Shown here: one piece after another, positions 25,927 through 35,556 of the stretch
Numbering within the stretch: position 1 is the first letter of the stretch
Layout of the letters: each line of letters starts with the position of its first letter
Source of the DNA: an uncultured delta proteobacterium
GTDB taxonomy: Bacteria > Desulfobacterota > Binatia > Binatales > Binataceae
NCBI GenBank assembly: GCA_963842085.1
Contig: CAWJET010000001.1
Location: forward strand, 2,016,001 to 2,080,000
Direction: 5' to 3'
DNA: 64,000 bases
Position numbers and translations under genes: made by a program
The notes under the pieces: generated by a model
What the model was told of the DNA's origin: nothing
What the model saw: only the letters and a program-made list of their open reading frames with translations
Database searches by the model: none

Positions 25927-28755
25927 ATGACGCCCGAAGAATCACCGCCGATGCCTCCTTCGACATTGCAGGCTCGCCGCGGGTGGCTCCGGGATGCGCT
26001 GGGTCTAATGGGAAACGATGCTCCCTTCCCGTGGCAGGAAGAGCTGTTGCGTTGCTTCATGCAGGGGGAAATTCCCCCAGCGCTCGACATTCCGACAGGT
26101 CTCGGGAAGACGGCCGTCATGGCGATATGGCTTGTCGCTCGGGCGTCCGGCGCGAGGCTGCCGCGGCGGCTCGTCTACGTAGTGGATAGGCGTGCCGTGG
26201 TGGATCAGGCCACGGAGGAGGCCGTGAAGCTCCGCGAGTTTGTCGATCAGGTTACGGACTTTAGGCATCGGCTCGACCTCAAGGAAGGGCGCTCGCTTCC
26301 AATCTCCACGCTCCGCGGTCAACACGTCGATAACAAGGAATGGCTCGAAGATCCGGTGTCATCCGCGATCATCGTCGGAACTGTGGACATGGTCGGATCG
26401 CGGCTGCTGTTTGAGGGCTATCGGGTCTCGCGAAAGATGCGGCCGTACCATGCCGGCCTTCTTGGAGCTGACGCCCTGATCGTGCTCGACGAGGCTCACC
26501 TCGTCCCGCCGTTTGAGGAGCTTCTGCGAGCGGTCGCCGAGGATGTGGCGTTCCGCCCCGGGGACCTGGAGTTGCGAAAGGTCGTTCCTGCGTTCAAGCT
26601 TCTGCCGCTGTCGGCCACGGGACGTACCGTCGATGCCGGGGTCTTTGGCCTCACACCCAAGGATTTGGAGAACAAGATCGTGAAGAAGAGGCTGGACGCG
26701 AAGAAGCACCTCGGCATCGTGCCGCTCAAGCACGATGCGAAGCTGGAAGAGGAGCTCGCGCAGCGAGCTTGGGATTTGTCGTGCGACGGGCAAAGCACGA
26801 TGCGGTGCATCGTGTTTTGCAACGAGCGTCGGGTCCTTGAGAAGGCGAAAGGGGCCGTCGAGAAGCTGGCAAAGGGTGACAAGAAAGCGGGGAAGGCCGC
26901 TACGGAAATCGACACCGAGCTACTTGTCGGGGGCCGGAGGGTGTTCGAGCGCGAGCAAGCCAGGGAGCGACTGAACGAGCTCGGCTTTGTAGCCAGCAGC
27001 AAGGCGGAGCGAAATCGGCCAGCATTCCTCTTCGCGACGTCGGCTGGGGAGGTGGGCATTGACCTCAATGCCGACCACATGTCGTGCGACCTCGTAGCTT
27101 GGGAGCGAATGGTGCAGAGATTCGGCCGTGTAAACAGACGCGGTACTGGCGAGGCGCGTGTGGTCGTGCTGGTCGAGCCAGAACCGCGGCCCAACAAGAA
27201 AGAGGCAGAAGCACTCAAGAAGCAGAAGGATGGCGAAGAGCTGGACGAGAAAATGCAAAAGTTGGTCGCGGCCTACGAGACAAGAATCAAAACCTGGCGG
27301 GCCGTTCAAGCACCGCTCAAAGAGCTTCCGAAGAACAGTGAGTTCCTGAATGCGAGTCCTGGCGCGTTGCGGGATCTGAGGACGCGCGCGCAGACCGACC
27401 CGAAGCTGCGAGAGATTCTGGATGCGGCAACTAGCCCAGCACCGTTGCGACCGACGCTTTCACGGGCGTTGGCCGACGCTTGGTCGATGACTTCGCTCAA
27501 GGAACACACGGGCCGTCCTGCGATTAACCCTTGGCTACGGGGATGGATTGAGGACGAGCCTCCACAGACGGCGATTGTGTGGCGGACGCATCTACCCCTG
27601 CGCGTAGGGGGAGCCCCACCAACGTGCAGCGAGATCGAGACGTTTTTCGAGGCCGCGCCGCCACACACGAGCGAGATATTGGAGACTGAGACCTTTCGCG
27701 TCGTCGAGTGGCTGGAGAAGCGGGCCGAAGCTCTACTCTCGTCATCATCAGTAATAGCGCAGGAAGGTGATGCGCGAATGCCGGCGGTGTCGAGAGATTC
27801 GGTTGTGGCTTTTATGCTCGCGCCAGACGGCGATCTGCGCGGGACGCGGAGACTCGGAGATCTAATCGTTTCGAAGGACAAGAACGGCAAGAAGGCTCTT
27901 CAGGATACTCTCGCGGGGGCGACGCTACTGCTTGATGCGCGCTTAGCAGGCTTGAAGGACGGACTTCTGAACGACGAGGAAGGCGCAACTCCCAAGACCG
28001 CTGACGACGGTGACGAATGGCTCGGGCAGGGGGTGGTTCGATTTCGTGTGCGGAGTGCCGACGCGGGCGCAACTCCAAGCAGCGGCGGGCAATGGTACGA
28101 GCGGCTGCGGTTCGCAACCGACATTTCCGAAGACGGCGAGCCGCAACGCTGGCTAGTCGTCGATAAAATGCGTCACGACGCCGCGACCGAAGAAGATCGT
28201 TCGGCGGGACATCCACAGTTGCTCGACGAGCATCAGTCTTGGGCCGAGGGTAAAGCCCGTGCGCTCGCAAAGGCTCTCGGCCTCGATGACTATGGTGAGA
28301 TGCTCGCCGTCTCCGCGCGGTTCCACGACGAAGGCAAGCGCGCTAAGCGGTGGCAGCGATCCTTCAACGCCCCGACTGATGGCGTTTACGCGAAAACTGA
28401 GGGCCCGATTAACTACTCCCTTCTGGACGGGTATCGACATGAGTTAGGCTCGCTGCCCTCTGTGGAGAAGAATGAGCGTTTCCTCGCCTTACCTCCTGAC
28501 CAACGCGAGCTAACGCTTCATTTGATCGCCGCGCACCATGGCTTTGCTCGCGCGGTGATTGGAACGGATGGATGCGAGGATGTGCCACCTTCGAAATTGC
28601 AAGAACGAGCCCGCGAAATCGCGTTGCGCTTTGCGCGACTGCAGCACCGTTGGGGGCCATGGGGGCTGGCGTGGTGGGAATCGCTGTTGCGCGCGGCCGA
28701 TCAGCAGGCTTCACGCGATAACAATGCCAAGATCCCGAGGAAGTATAGAGGCTGA
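25927..28755 (+). CDS. cas3: Type I-G Cas3 (helicase with C-terminal HD nuclease)
   Basis: PTGLGKT, YVVDRR, DEAH, SAT, QRFGRVNR; C-terminal FHDEGK, HELGS, AAHHG, RAADQQAS. Confidence 0.95.
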   Translation: MTPEESPPMPPSTLQARRGWLRDALGLMGNDAPFPWQEELLRCFMQGEIPPALDIPTGLGKTAVMAIWLVARASGARLPRRLVYVVDRRAVVDQATEEAVKLREFVDQVTDFRHRLDLKEGRSLPISTLRGQHVDNKEWLEDPVSSAIIVGTVDMVGSRLLFEGYRVSRKMRPYHAGLLGADALIVLDEAHLVPPFEELLRAVAEDVAFRPGDLELRKVVPAFKLLPLSATGRTVDAGVFGLTPKDLENKIVKKRLDAKKHLGIVPLKHDAKLEEELAQRAWDLSCDGQSTMRCIVFCNERRVLEKAKGAVEKLAKGDKKAGKAATEIDTELLVGGRRVFEREQARERLNELGFVASSKAERNRPAFLFATSAGEVGIDLNADHMSCDLVAWERMVQRFGRVNRRGTGEARVVVLVEPEPRPNKKEAEALKKQKDGEELDEKMQKLVAAYETRIKTWRAVQAPLKELPKNSEFLNASPGALRDLRTRAQTDPKLREILDAATSPAPLRPTLSRALADAWSMTSLKEHTGRPAINPWLRGWIEDEPPQTAIVWRTHLPLRVGGAPPTCSEIETFFEAAPPHTSEILETETFRVVEWLEKRAEALLSSSSVIAQEGDARMPAVSRDSVVAFMLAPDGDLRGTRRLGDLIVSKDKNGKKALQDTLAGATLLLDARLAGLKDGLLNDEEGATPKTADDGDEWLGQGVVRFRVRSADAGATPSSGGQWYERLRFATDISEDGEPQRWLVVDKMRHDAATEEDRSAGHPQLLDEHQSWAEGKARALAKALGLDDYGEMLAVSARFHDEGKRAKRWQRSFNAPTDGVYAKTEGPINYSLLDGYRHELGSLPSVEKNERFLALPPDQRELTLHLIAAHHGFARAVIGTDGCEDVPPSKLQERAREIALRFARLQHRWGPWGLAWWESLLRAADQQASRDNNAKIPRKYRG

Positions 28756-28758
28756 CCG

Positions 28759-29715
28759 ATGGCGTCGATACCAGTTGACCTCTTCAACCCCGGCCAGGTA
28801 TTCGCGTGCGTGGGCTTCCTTGAGGCGGCGGAGGTTCTTCTTGGTGATGCGATAGGAGGGTTCGACTGGCGATACGAAGAACACGTGCGATTCGAGCTTA
28901 GCTCACGTGGCGAAAGAAATCCTTTCGACGTTGTGCTTGGTTTCCTTGCGGAAGCCGACATCTGCTGCCGCGTGCCCGTCGGGTACGCCAATTCGCTACC
29001 CGTGTCCAAGCGCCGTAAAGGGCGCAAGGACGACGGCGAATCGCAGGAAGAAGACGACAGCGACCTGTTCGATCGAGTCGAGGCTGAGGACACGTTTCCG
29101 GGTCCTAAAGGCGATCCGATGGCTTTACCCATACGCTTGGTCGCACCGATTGACGGACGAACCCGAACACTTTGCATCGGGCATTGGGCCGACGCTTCGA
29201 GCCGGAACGACTTCAAGTTGTACGCCGGTAACCGTTCCGCTGCGACGATTGCACGCGCGATGCTTCGCGGCACTCGCGAGAAACCGAAGAAGGGGGAAAT
29301 GAAAGGGGCCGTAAGGACGCGGGGCATCGATTCACTGTGGAATTCACGCGAGGAGTTGGTTGCAAACCCGTTCGATGTACTCACGCCCATGGGCGGGAGT
29401 TTTAACTTCGATCCTCGTGGTGCCTGGATCGCGATCGATGCAGGATATTCTCCAAACGACCATAAGCATGTGGTGTCAGCGTCCCCGGTCGTAGAGATAC
29501 TCGCAGCGGTGGGTATGGAGCACGCGCGCCCGGATGAGTACGAGACGCGGCGCGTTCGCTATGGTGCCTGGGGCGGTCTCGTACCCCCCATTCTTGCGCG
29601 AGCAGCCTTGGGCTGCGCTCGTATCGGAATCCCCCTTCGGACATTCCAGTTCATGCTCGATCTATCGGGCAAGAACAAGGTCGTAACGATCGCTAAAGAG
29701 GAGATAAGCGGATGA
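28759..29715 (+). CDS. Type I-G short large subunit (Cas8u2/Csb3-like)
   Basis: PVDLFNPGQVFAC-G-LE N-terminus, FDPRGAW, SPVVEILAAVG; lies between cas3 and cas7. Confidence 0.8.
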   Translation: MASIPVDLFNPGQVFACVGFLEAAEVLLGDAIGGFDWRYEEHVRFELSSRGERNPFDVVLGFLAEADICCRVPVGYANSLPVSKRRKGRKDDGESQEEDDSDLFDRVEAEDTFPGPKGDPMALPIRLVAPIDGRTRTLCIGHWADASSRNDFKLYAGNRSAATIARAMLRGTREKPKKGEMKGAVRTRGIDSLWNSREELVANPFDVLTPMGGSFNFDPRGAWIAIDAGYSPNDHKHVVSASPVVEILAAVGMEHARPDEYETRRVRYGAWGGLVPPILARAALGCARIGIPLRTFQFMLDLSGKNKVVTIAKEEISG

Positions 29716-30983
29716 CCACCGAGTTGGAGATCGTGAGCGCGGAGGTTCTGGACAGATGGGCGATTGAGATGAAGGGGCCGGTGGCGCTGCATCTCAAGCA
29801 GAAGCTTCTTCCGGTCGAAGTCGACGGTAGCATCATCTTCCCCCCGACATATGCCGACATTGGTTACAACATCGATGCATTATCGGACGGAACGCGCATC
29901 GCCACGATAGACAGTGTTGGATCGCAGGCCAATCGGCTGGAGCCGATCTTCAAGGCGACGGCGGGAACAAAACGCGACGAGTGGCTGGTGCCGCAGATCG
30001 AGATCGTCCTGCGCACAGAAGAGTGCGGTGAATGCGATGCATGCAAAACCGCCAAGGCGGAAAACGACCAGAACGCAAAAAAGAAGAAGGGCCAGTGCGC
30101 AAGCCCGCATAAAGTAACGCGATCGATCCTTGACCTGGCGCACCGGGGGGCCGATGCGGTCGTTCAGTCTTGCCCCGGACTGGCATCGCTGGTCGGAGAG
30201 GCGTTTCAGAAGCTCCGCAGCGCCGGAGACGCGGGTCTTCTTTGCGAGATCGTTCCGACGTCGCTCGTGTTCGGAGTGTGGGACTCTCGTGGCGGGAGCG
30301 GTGAGAAGCGTCCGCGGCTCGTGCGCTCTATCATCCGCGCGTGGGACGTGGACCCTCTCCACGCGGCGGCGCAGTTCAACTCCATCTCGAAAGCTCTCGA
30401 CCAAAATCAGCGCGAGGAGTTGGAGAAGGAAGCAAAGGCTAAGAAGGTCGAATTATCGGCGAAAGGCTTCAACGATGCCCCTGCGACTTTTCGCAAGGTA
30501 GGCACAAACGCCGCAAAGTACATGCAGGAGTTCCGGGATGGATCTCCAAATCCGGAGCGCCGCGTGCTTGGTGGCGTGGTCGCGAGGGGCCCGATCGAAC
30601 GCCAAGTTACCGTGAATCTCGTGGCGTTGCGGGGCTTGCGCGGCAGGGACAACACTGAAACCGAGCACATCCGGAAATACCTCCTCGGCTTGTCGCTCGT
30701 TGCCGCCACTGCGGACATTGACCTGTTCCTCCGCGAGGGCTGCCATCTGAGATATGCGAGCGAAGATGAATGGTACAACATACCGCGACGCGGAGAGCCG
30801 GTTGCATTCAAAATAAAAGACTCGGCAAGAGAGTACGCAAAGGCGGCGACGAATCACTTTCGAGAAGCGTGGCAAAAGAGGTGGCCGAAAGACGAGAACA
30901 TAGAGTACCGCTTCGATCTCAACGAGGCGAAGAAGCTTCTCGCTAAGAAGACAGAGGAGGAAAAAACGCCCGAAGAACCTTGA
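29712..30983 (+). CDS. csb1: Type I-G Cas7 (Csb1)
   Basis: IFPPTYA, IDSVGSQANRLE, HRGADA, PTSLVFGVWDSR, LREGCHL. Confidence 0.93.
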   Translation: MTTELEIVSAEVLDRWAIEMKGPVALHLKQKLLPVEVDGSIIFPPTYADIGYNIDALSDGTRIATIDSVGSQANRLEPIFKATAGTKRDEWLVPQIEIVLRTEECGECDACKTAKAENDQNAKKKKGQCASPHKVTRSILDLAHRGADAVVQSCPGLASLVGEAFQKLRSAGDAGLLCEIVPTSLVFGVWDSRGGSGEKRPRLVRSIIRAWDVDPLHAAAQFNSISKALDQNQREELEKEAKAKKVELSAKGFNDAPATFRKVGTNAAKYMQEFRDGSPNPERRVLGGVVARGPIERQVTVNLVALRGLRGRDNTETEHIRKYLLGLSLVAATADIDLFLREGCHLRYASEDEWYNIPRRGEPVAFKIKDSAREYAKAATNHFREAWQKRWPKDENIEYRFDLNEAKKLLAKKTEEEKTPEEP

Positions 30984-30986
30984 GAC

Positions 30987-33200
30987 ATGTCTACCGCGAT
31001 CCTCATAAGTGTACGGCTCCACGACGGACGTTATTATGGCGTGCCAGATTGGCCGCCAGCGCCGGCGCGGCTGTTCCAGGCGCTTTTGGCCGGTGCGGGC
31101 TTGAGCGGGCCGTCCGGAAAGGCGGAGTTAGAAGCGCTGCTTTGGCTGGAGAATAAGTGCGAGAATGAAGCGCCCATTATTGGTGCTCCAGCAGCTTGGC
31201 GCGGCCAGCAAGTAATGTTCTACATGCCGAACAACGATCTCGACCGGGTCGGAGGTGATCCGCATCGGCTGGCCGAAGTGCGCACTGCGAAGAAATTCTT
31301 CAGGCCCTGCATTTTCGATGCGGAAGTTCCGTTCCTATACGTTTGGCCCATTTTCGAAAGCGAAGAACGCGGGCCGCATGTGCGCGTAATCTGCGCGCTC
31401 TCCGAGCGGCTATATCAACTAGGTCGCGGCGTTGACATGGCTTGGGCCTGGGCCGAGTTGCTCGATGCTTCTAGACTCGAAGAGGTTTTGTCGAACTATC
31501 GAGGCCGCATCTACCGACCGTCAAATAGAGGGAGCCAACGTACGCTCGCGTGTCCCACCGCAGGCTCTCTCGATAGTCTTGCAGCGCGCTATCGGGCCTA
31601 TAGCCGGCGTTTCGAGTCAGTGGCCGAGGACAAGAAGATCAACCGGGTCTTCACAAAGGCACCGAGGCCGAGATTTCGGCCAGTAGCATATGAGAGCCCG
31701 CCGTCTAGGCGCGTTTACGAACTTCGCGGGCCGTCCGGCTCTGCACCGTTCGTCCCATGGTCGTTAGTCCGCGCGTCAGAACTTATCGAGCATGTGCGGG
31801 ACCGCGCGCTCGAACGCCTCCAGCGGGCACTCCCGTCGAGAACGGAGGAAATTGCTCGCGTGCTCGTGGGCCGCAAGCCCGACGGCTCTAGCGACGGACC
31901 GATCGATGCGCGAGTGCGACTTGTCCCCTTGCCTTCGGTTGGGCACCATCATGCCGATCGCGGCATCAGGCGCGTTTTGGTGCAGGTCCCAGCAGATTGC
32001 TCTCTTGACGCCGGCGACGTGCATTGGGCTTTCTCAGGCCTTGATCTCGTGGACCACGACACCGGGGAAGTACTGGCAATCCTAACCCCTGCGGCGGACG
32101 ACGCGATACTCGATCATTACGGCATCGCCGACGGACCATCTCTGCGCACCTGGCGAAGCGTGACCCCCATCGTCTTGCCGCAGGCCGCAGCGCGGCGCCG
32201 GATTGAGCCCTTACGAAAAGTCGAAGAGGCAAAAGAGGGCCGTGAGCGTTTCGCGGAGCAAGCTCGCGCGGCGACTTCGGTTAGGCAAGCTTTGCGCCAC
32301 GCCGGCGTCCGGCAGCGGCCGGAGGCAATCCGATTACAGCGGGAACCGTTCGAATCGAACGGCGCACGCGTCGAGGCCTTCGCAGACGGGACGAGGTTCG
32401 CCAAAGAGCGCTTCTGGCACGTCGAGATCGCCTTCGGGGCGCCGGTGCTAGGGCCGCTGATAATTGGAGACGGGCGGTTCCTTGGTTTGGGCGTGATGGC
32501 GCCGGCTGGCAGGACAGAAGGGATCCATGCCTTCGCCGTCAACTCAGGGCTCATCGAGAAAGCAGGTCCCACCGAGATTGCTCATGCAGCTCGCAGGGCA
32601 GTGATGGCGAGGGTTCAAGATGTCCTCGGTTTTTGGGTTGCCTTGCCGGCATTCTTCTCCGGCCATGAACGGGACGGAGCGCCAGCAGGCACCTCGCACC
32701 TTGCGTTCGCCTTCGATCCGCGAACACCACGCCTGCTCATTGTTGCTCCTCACATCCTTGATCGGAGGAAACCGACGGGAGAGGAAAAGCGTCACCTTAC
32801 GACCTTGGAGAAGGCACTAGAGAGTTTCGAGGAATTGCGAGCCGGTTCGGCGGGCCACTTGGCGCTCCGTCAGACGTCGGTCGATACAGATAGCGATTCT
32901 CTCATGGCTCCTTCGCGCGTTTGGCAAAGCGTGACGCCGTATCTGGTTACTCGCCATGCGAAATCCGGAGGTGCCGACGAAGCCTTGGTTATGGACCTGC
33001 GCGCGGATTGTCGCCGCCGGGGCCTGCCAGAGCCACTTGAGGTGAAACCGCTGGAGTCACGGGGGCTGCAGAACGTCGGATTGCTGGGTCGCGCCAGGCT
33101 GACTTTCGCAGTAGCCGTGAAAGGGCCGATTCTCCTCGGGAAGAGCCGCTATCGAGGAGGGGGGCTTTTTGCTCCTATAGGCGGAAGCCCAGAGAGGTAG
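30987..33200 (+). CDS. csb2: Type I-G Csb2 (Cas5-Cas6 fusion), long form
   Basis: DWPPAPARLFQAL, YMPNND, LGRG; WxSVTP plus G-rich loop present twice. Confidence 0.92.
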   Translation: MSTAILISVRLHDGRYYGVPDWPPAPARLFQALLAGAGLSGPSGKAELEALLWLENKCENEAPIIGAPAAWRGQQVMFYMPNNDLDRVGGDPHRLAEVRTAKKFFRPCIFDAEVPFLYVWPIFESEERGPHVRVICALSERLYQLGRGVDMAWAWAELLDASRLEEVLSNYRGRIYRPSNRGSQRTLACPTAGSLDSLAARYRAYSRRFESVAEDKKINRVFTKAPRPRFRPVAYESPPSRRVYELRGPSGSAPFVPWSLVRASELIEHVRDRALERLQRALPSRTEEIARVLVGRKPDGSSDGPIDARVRLVPLPSVGHHHADRGIRRVLVQVPADCSLDAGDVHWAFSGLDLVDHDTGEVLAILTPAADDAILDHYGIADGPSLRTWRSVTPIVLPQAAARRRIEPLRKVEEAKEGRERFAEQARAATSVRQALRHAGVRQRPEAIRLQREPFESNGARVEAFADGTRFAKERFWHVEIAFGAPVLGPLIIGDGRFLGLGVMAPAGRTEGIHAFAVNSGLIEKAGPTEIAHAARRAVMARVQDVLGFWVALPAFFSGHERDGAPAGTSHLAFAFDPRTPRLLIVAPHILDRRKPTGEEKRHLTTLEKALESFEELRAGSAGHLALRQTSVDTDSDSLMAPSRVWQSVTPYLVTRHAKSGGADEALVMDLRADCRRRGLPEPLEVKPLESRGLQNVGLLGRARLTFAVAVKGPILLGKSRYRGGGLFAPIGGSPER

Positions 33201-33208
33201 AGAAGTCC

Positions 33209-33538
33209 ATGCGCAATACGTATCTGGTCTGCTACGACATCTGCGATGACAAGCGGCTGCGGCAAGTTTTCAAGACGATGCGAGATTTCGGCGATCACCT
33301 CCAGTACTCCATCTTCGAGTGCCAATTCACTCCCGCTGACCTAGTGCGATGCCGTCACGCGCTGAGCGAGATTGTCGACCATCGGGATGATCAGGTCCTC
33401 TTCGTCGATCTGGGACCGGTGGAGGGCCGCGGCGATCGCGTAATCACGGCGTTGGGCAAGGCATATTCGCCGATCGACAGTCCCTGCATCGTCGTCGATG
33501 GCGAGAGTGATTCGCCATCGAAAGAGGAACGCTTCTGA
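33209..33538 (+). CDS. cas2: Cas2
   Basis: YLVCYDICDDKRL...GDHLQYSIFEC. Confidence 0.96.
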   Translation: MRNTYLVCYDICDDKRLRQVFKTMRDFGDHLQYSIFECQFTPADLVRCRHALSEIVDHRDDQVLFVDLGPVEGRGDRVITALGKAYSPIDSPCIVVDGESDSPSKEERF

Positions 33539-33549
33539 GCGCGAGCCAG

Positions 33550-35376
33550 ATGTCGGATCAACCTCAATCGAAGCCAGTCGCAGTTCCAGCAGCCAACTCA
33601 CAACTAAAAACAAAAACGGATCGACCACCTCGCGTTGAGGTCGAACTTCCCGACTATCTGCCGGCGCGGATGCTGAACGAATTTGTCTACTGCCCGCGCC
33701 TTTTCTTTTACGAATGGGTGGAGGGGATCTTCGCCCACAGCGCAGACACGATTGAGGGCGAACTCCGCCACGAGAAGCTCGAGACGAAATCCGATCCGCT
33801 CCCACCGCCGGATCAAGAAGCGCAGATCCATTCGCGCTCGGTAAGTCTGAGCAGCGAGACGCATCGTCTCATTGCGAAAATGGATTTGGTGGAGGGCGAG
33901 GGCGGAACCGTCGTGCCAGTGGACTACAAGAAAGGAAGTCCACGAGATGGCGATGAAGGGCCGCAAGCCTGGCCTGCCGATCGGGTTCAACTTTGCTCCC
34001 AAGCCCTTATCCTTCGGGATAACGGCTACAAGTGCGACGAAGCCATCGCGTACTACCATGCGACGCGGCAGCGCGTGCGCGTCGCGATTGACGAGACGCT
34101 GATCTCGGAAACGCTCGCAGCTGTAGAGGGAGCGAGGGCGCTGGCGCTGCGTGGCCGAATTCCTAAACCGCTGGTGGACAGCCCGAAATGCCCTCGATGC
34201 TCGCTGGTCGGCATATGTCTTCCTGATGAGACGGGGCTCGTTGAGTCGTTGCCGGAGTTTACTCCAACTCCGCAGCTTTCCTTGTTCGATGGCGATGAGC
34301 CCGCGAACGGCGTGCCAGCGAAGTCCGACGATACGGTCCGCCGCCTTGTTCCGGCTCGTGACGATCTGCGCCCGCTCTACGTCACGGGTCACGGGCTGAT
34401 TATTGGCAAGAGCGGCGATGTTCTTCAGATTAAGGAACGCAAGAAATCTGTTCAGGAAGTCCGCGTCGGCGAGATCTCTCAGGTAAACGTGTTCGGAAAT
34501 GTGCAATTCAGCGCAGCGGCCCTTCAGGGGCTGTGCTGGGCGGAGAAGCCAGTCGCGCATTTCTCCTATGGCGGATGGTTCTACGGGCTGACGCAGGGTC
34601 TCGGTTTGAAGAACGTGTTCCTTCGGAAGCGGCAGTTCGCCCTGTCCGAAGATGCGTTCTTCTGCCTGAGCGTTGCGCGCGAGTTTGTTGCCGCGAAGAT
34701 TCGCAATCAACGAACGCTGCTTCGCCGTAACCACATCGAGCCGCCCGCAATCGCGGTCGCACAACTCAAGCGCTACGCCGGAGCCGCGATGAACGCCGAG
34801 GAACTCGATGAACTGCTCGGGATCGAGGGCAATGCGGCTCGCATTTACTTCGCCAACTTCACTGGCCTGGTGAAGGCGGACAACGAGGGCGGCGTTGCGC
34901 CCTTTACGTTCGAGTTCACTCGCCGGAATCGGCGCCCGCCGGTCGATCCGGTTAACGCGCTGCTCTCGTTCGCCTACAGCATGTTGGCGAAAGACCTGAC
35001 AATCATCTGTCACAGCGTCGGCCTTGATCCGTTTATCGGCTTCTTCCATCAACCTCGGTTCGGCCGTCCGGCACTGGCGCTGGACCTGATGGAGGAATTC
35101 AGGCCGCTGATCGCGGACTCTGTTGTTATCAGTGCGATTAACACCGGAATGGTAACGACCGGTGACTTCATTCGCGTCGGTCCAGCCGTCGCTCTCACGC
35201 CGAGCGGGCGAAAGGGTTTTCTGCGTGCGTACGAACAGCGCATGGATGCGCTCGTGACGCATCCACTGTTTGGATACCGAGTGAACTACCGGAGGGTTCT
35301 GGAGATTCAGACGAGACTGCTCGGTAGATTGCTCACCGGCGAAGCCCAGCGATATGTCGGTTTCGAAACGCGCTGA
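33550..35376 (+). CDS. cas1: Cas4-Cas1 fusion
   Basis: Cas4: YCPR, VDYKKG, KCPRCSLVGIC. Cas1: GIEGNAARIYF, RRPPVDPVNALLS, LALDLMEEFRP. Confidence 0.96.
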   Translation: MSDQPQSKPVAVPAANSQLKTKTDRPPRVEVELPDYLPARMLNEFVYCPRLFFYEWVEGIFAHSADTIEGELRHEKLETKSDPLPPPDQEAQIHSRSVSLSSETHRLIAKMDLVEGEGGTVVPVDYKKGSPRDGDEGPQAWPADRVQLCSQALILRDNGYKCDEAIAYYHATRQRVRVAIDETLISETLAAVEGARALALRGRIPKPLVDSPKCPRCSLVGICLPDETGLVESLPEFTPTPQLSLFDGDEPANGVPAKSDDTVRRLVPARDDLRPLYVTGHGLIIGKSGDVLQIKERKKSVQEVRVGEISQVNVFGNVQFSAAALQGLCWAEKPVAHFSYGGWFYGLTQGLGLKNVFLRKRQFALSEDAFFCLSVAREFVAAKIRNQRTLLRRNHIEPPAIAVAQLKRYAGAAMNAEELDELLGIEGNAARIYFANFTGLVKADNEGGVAPFTFEFTRRNRRPPVDPVNALLSFAYSMLAKDLTIICHSVGLDPFIGFFHQPRFGRPALALDLMEEFRPLIADSVVISAINTGMVTTGDFIRVGPAVALTPSGRKGFLRAYEQRMDALVTHPLFGYRVNYRRVLEIQTRLLGRLLTGEAQRYVGFETR

Positions 35377-35556
35377 TCGAAGCGAGCGGCGAGGTGACCA
35401 TGAAAACCCGGCATCCGCTCGCGAACGGAAAAGCCTTGCCAATGCTATGGTTTAGGACTATCGGACTGGAGAGACTGCCGAGAGCGGCGTTGGGACCGGC
35501 GACCACTCGCAAAACGGCCCAAAGCTCTTTGAAAATTGAAGGCTTGAGAAGGACGC
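35377..35556 (+). promoter_or_regulatory. CRISPR leader
   Basis: Between cas1 and repeat 1; GCGAGCGG (35382-35389) / CCGCTCGC (35415-35422) inverted pair. The only mutated repeat is at the opposite end of the array. Confidence 0.75.
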
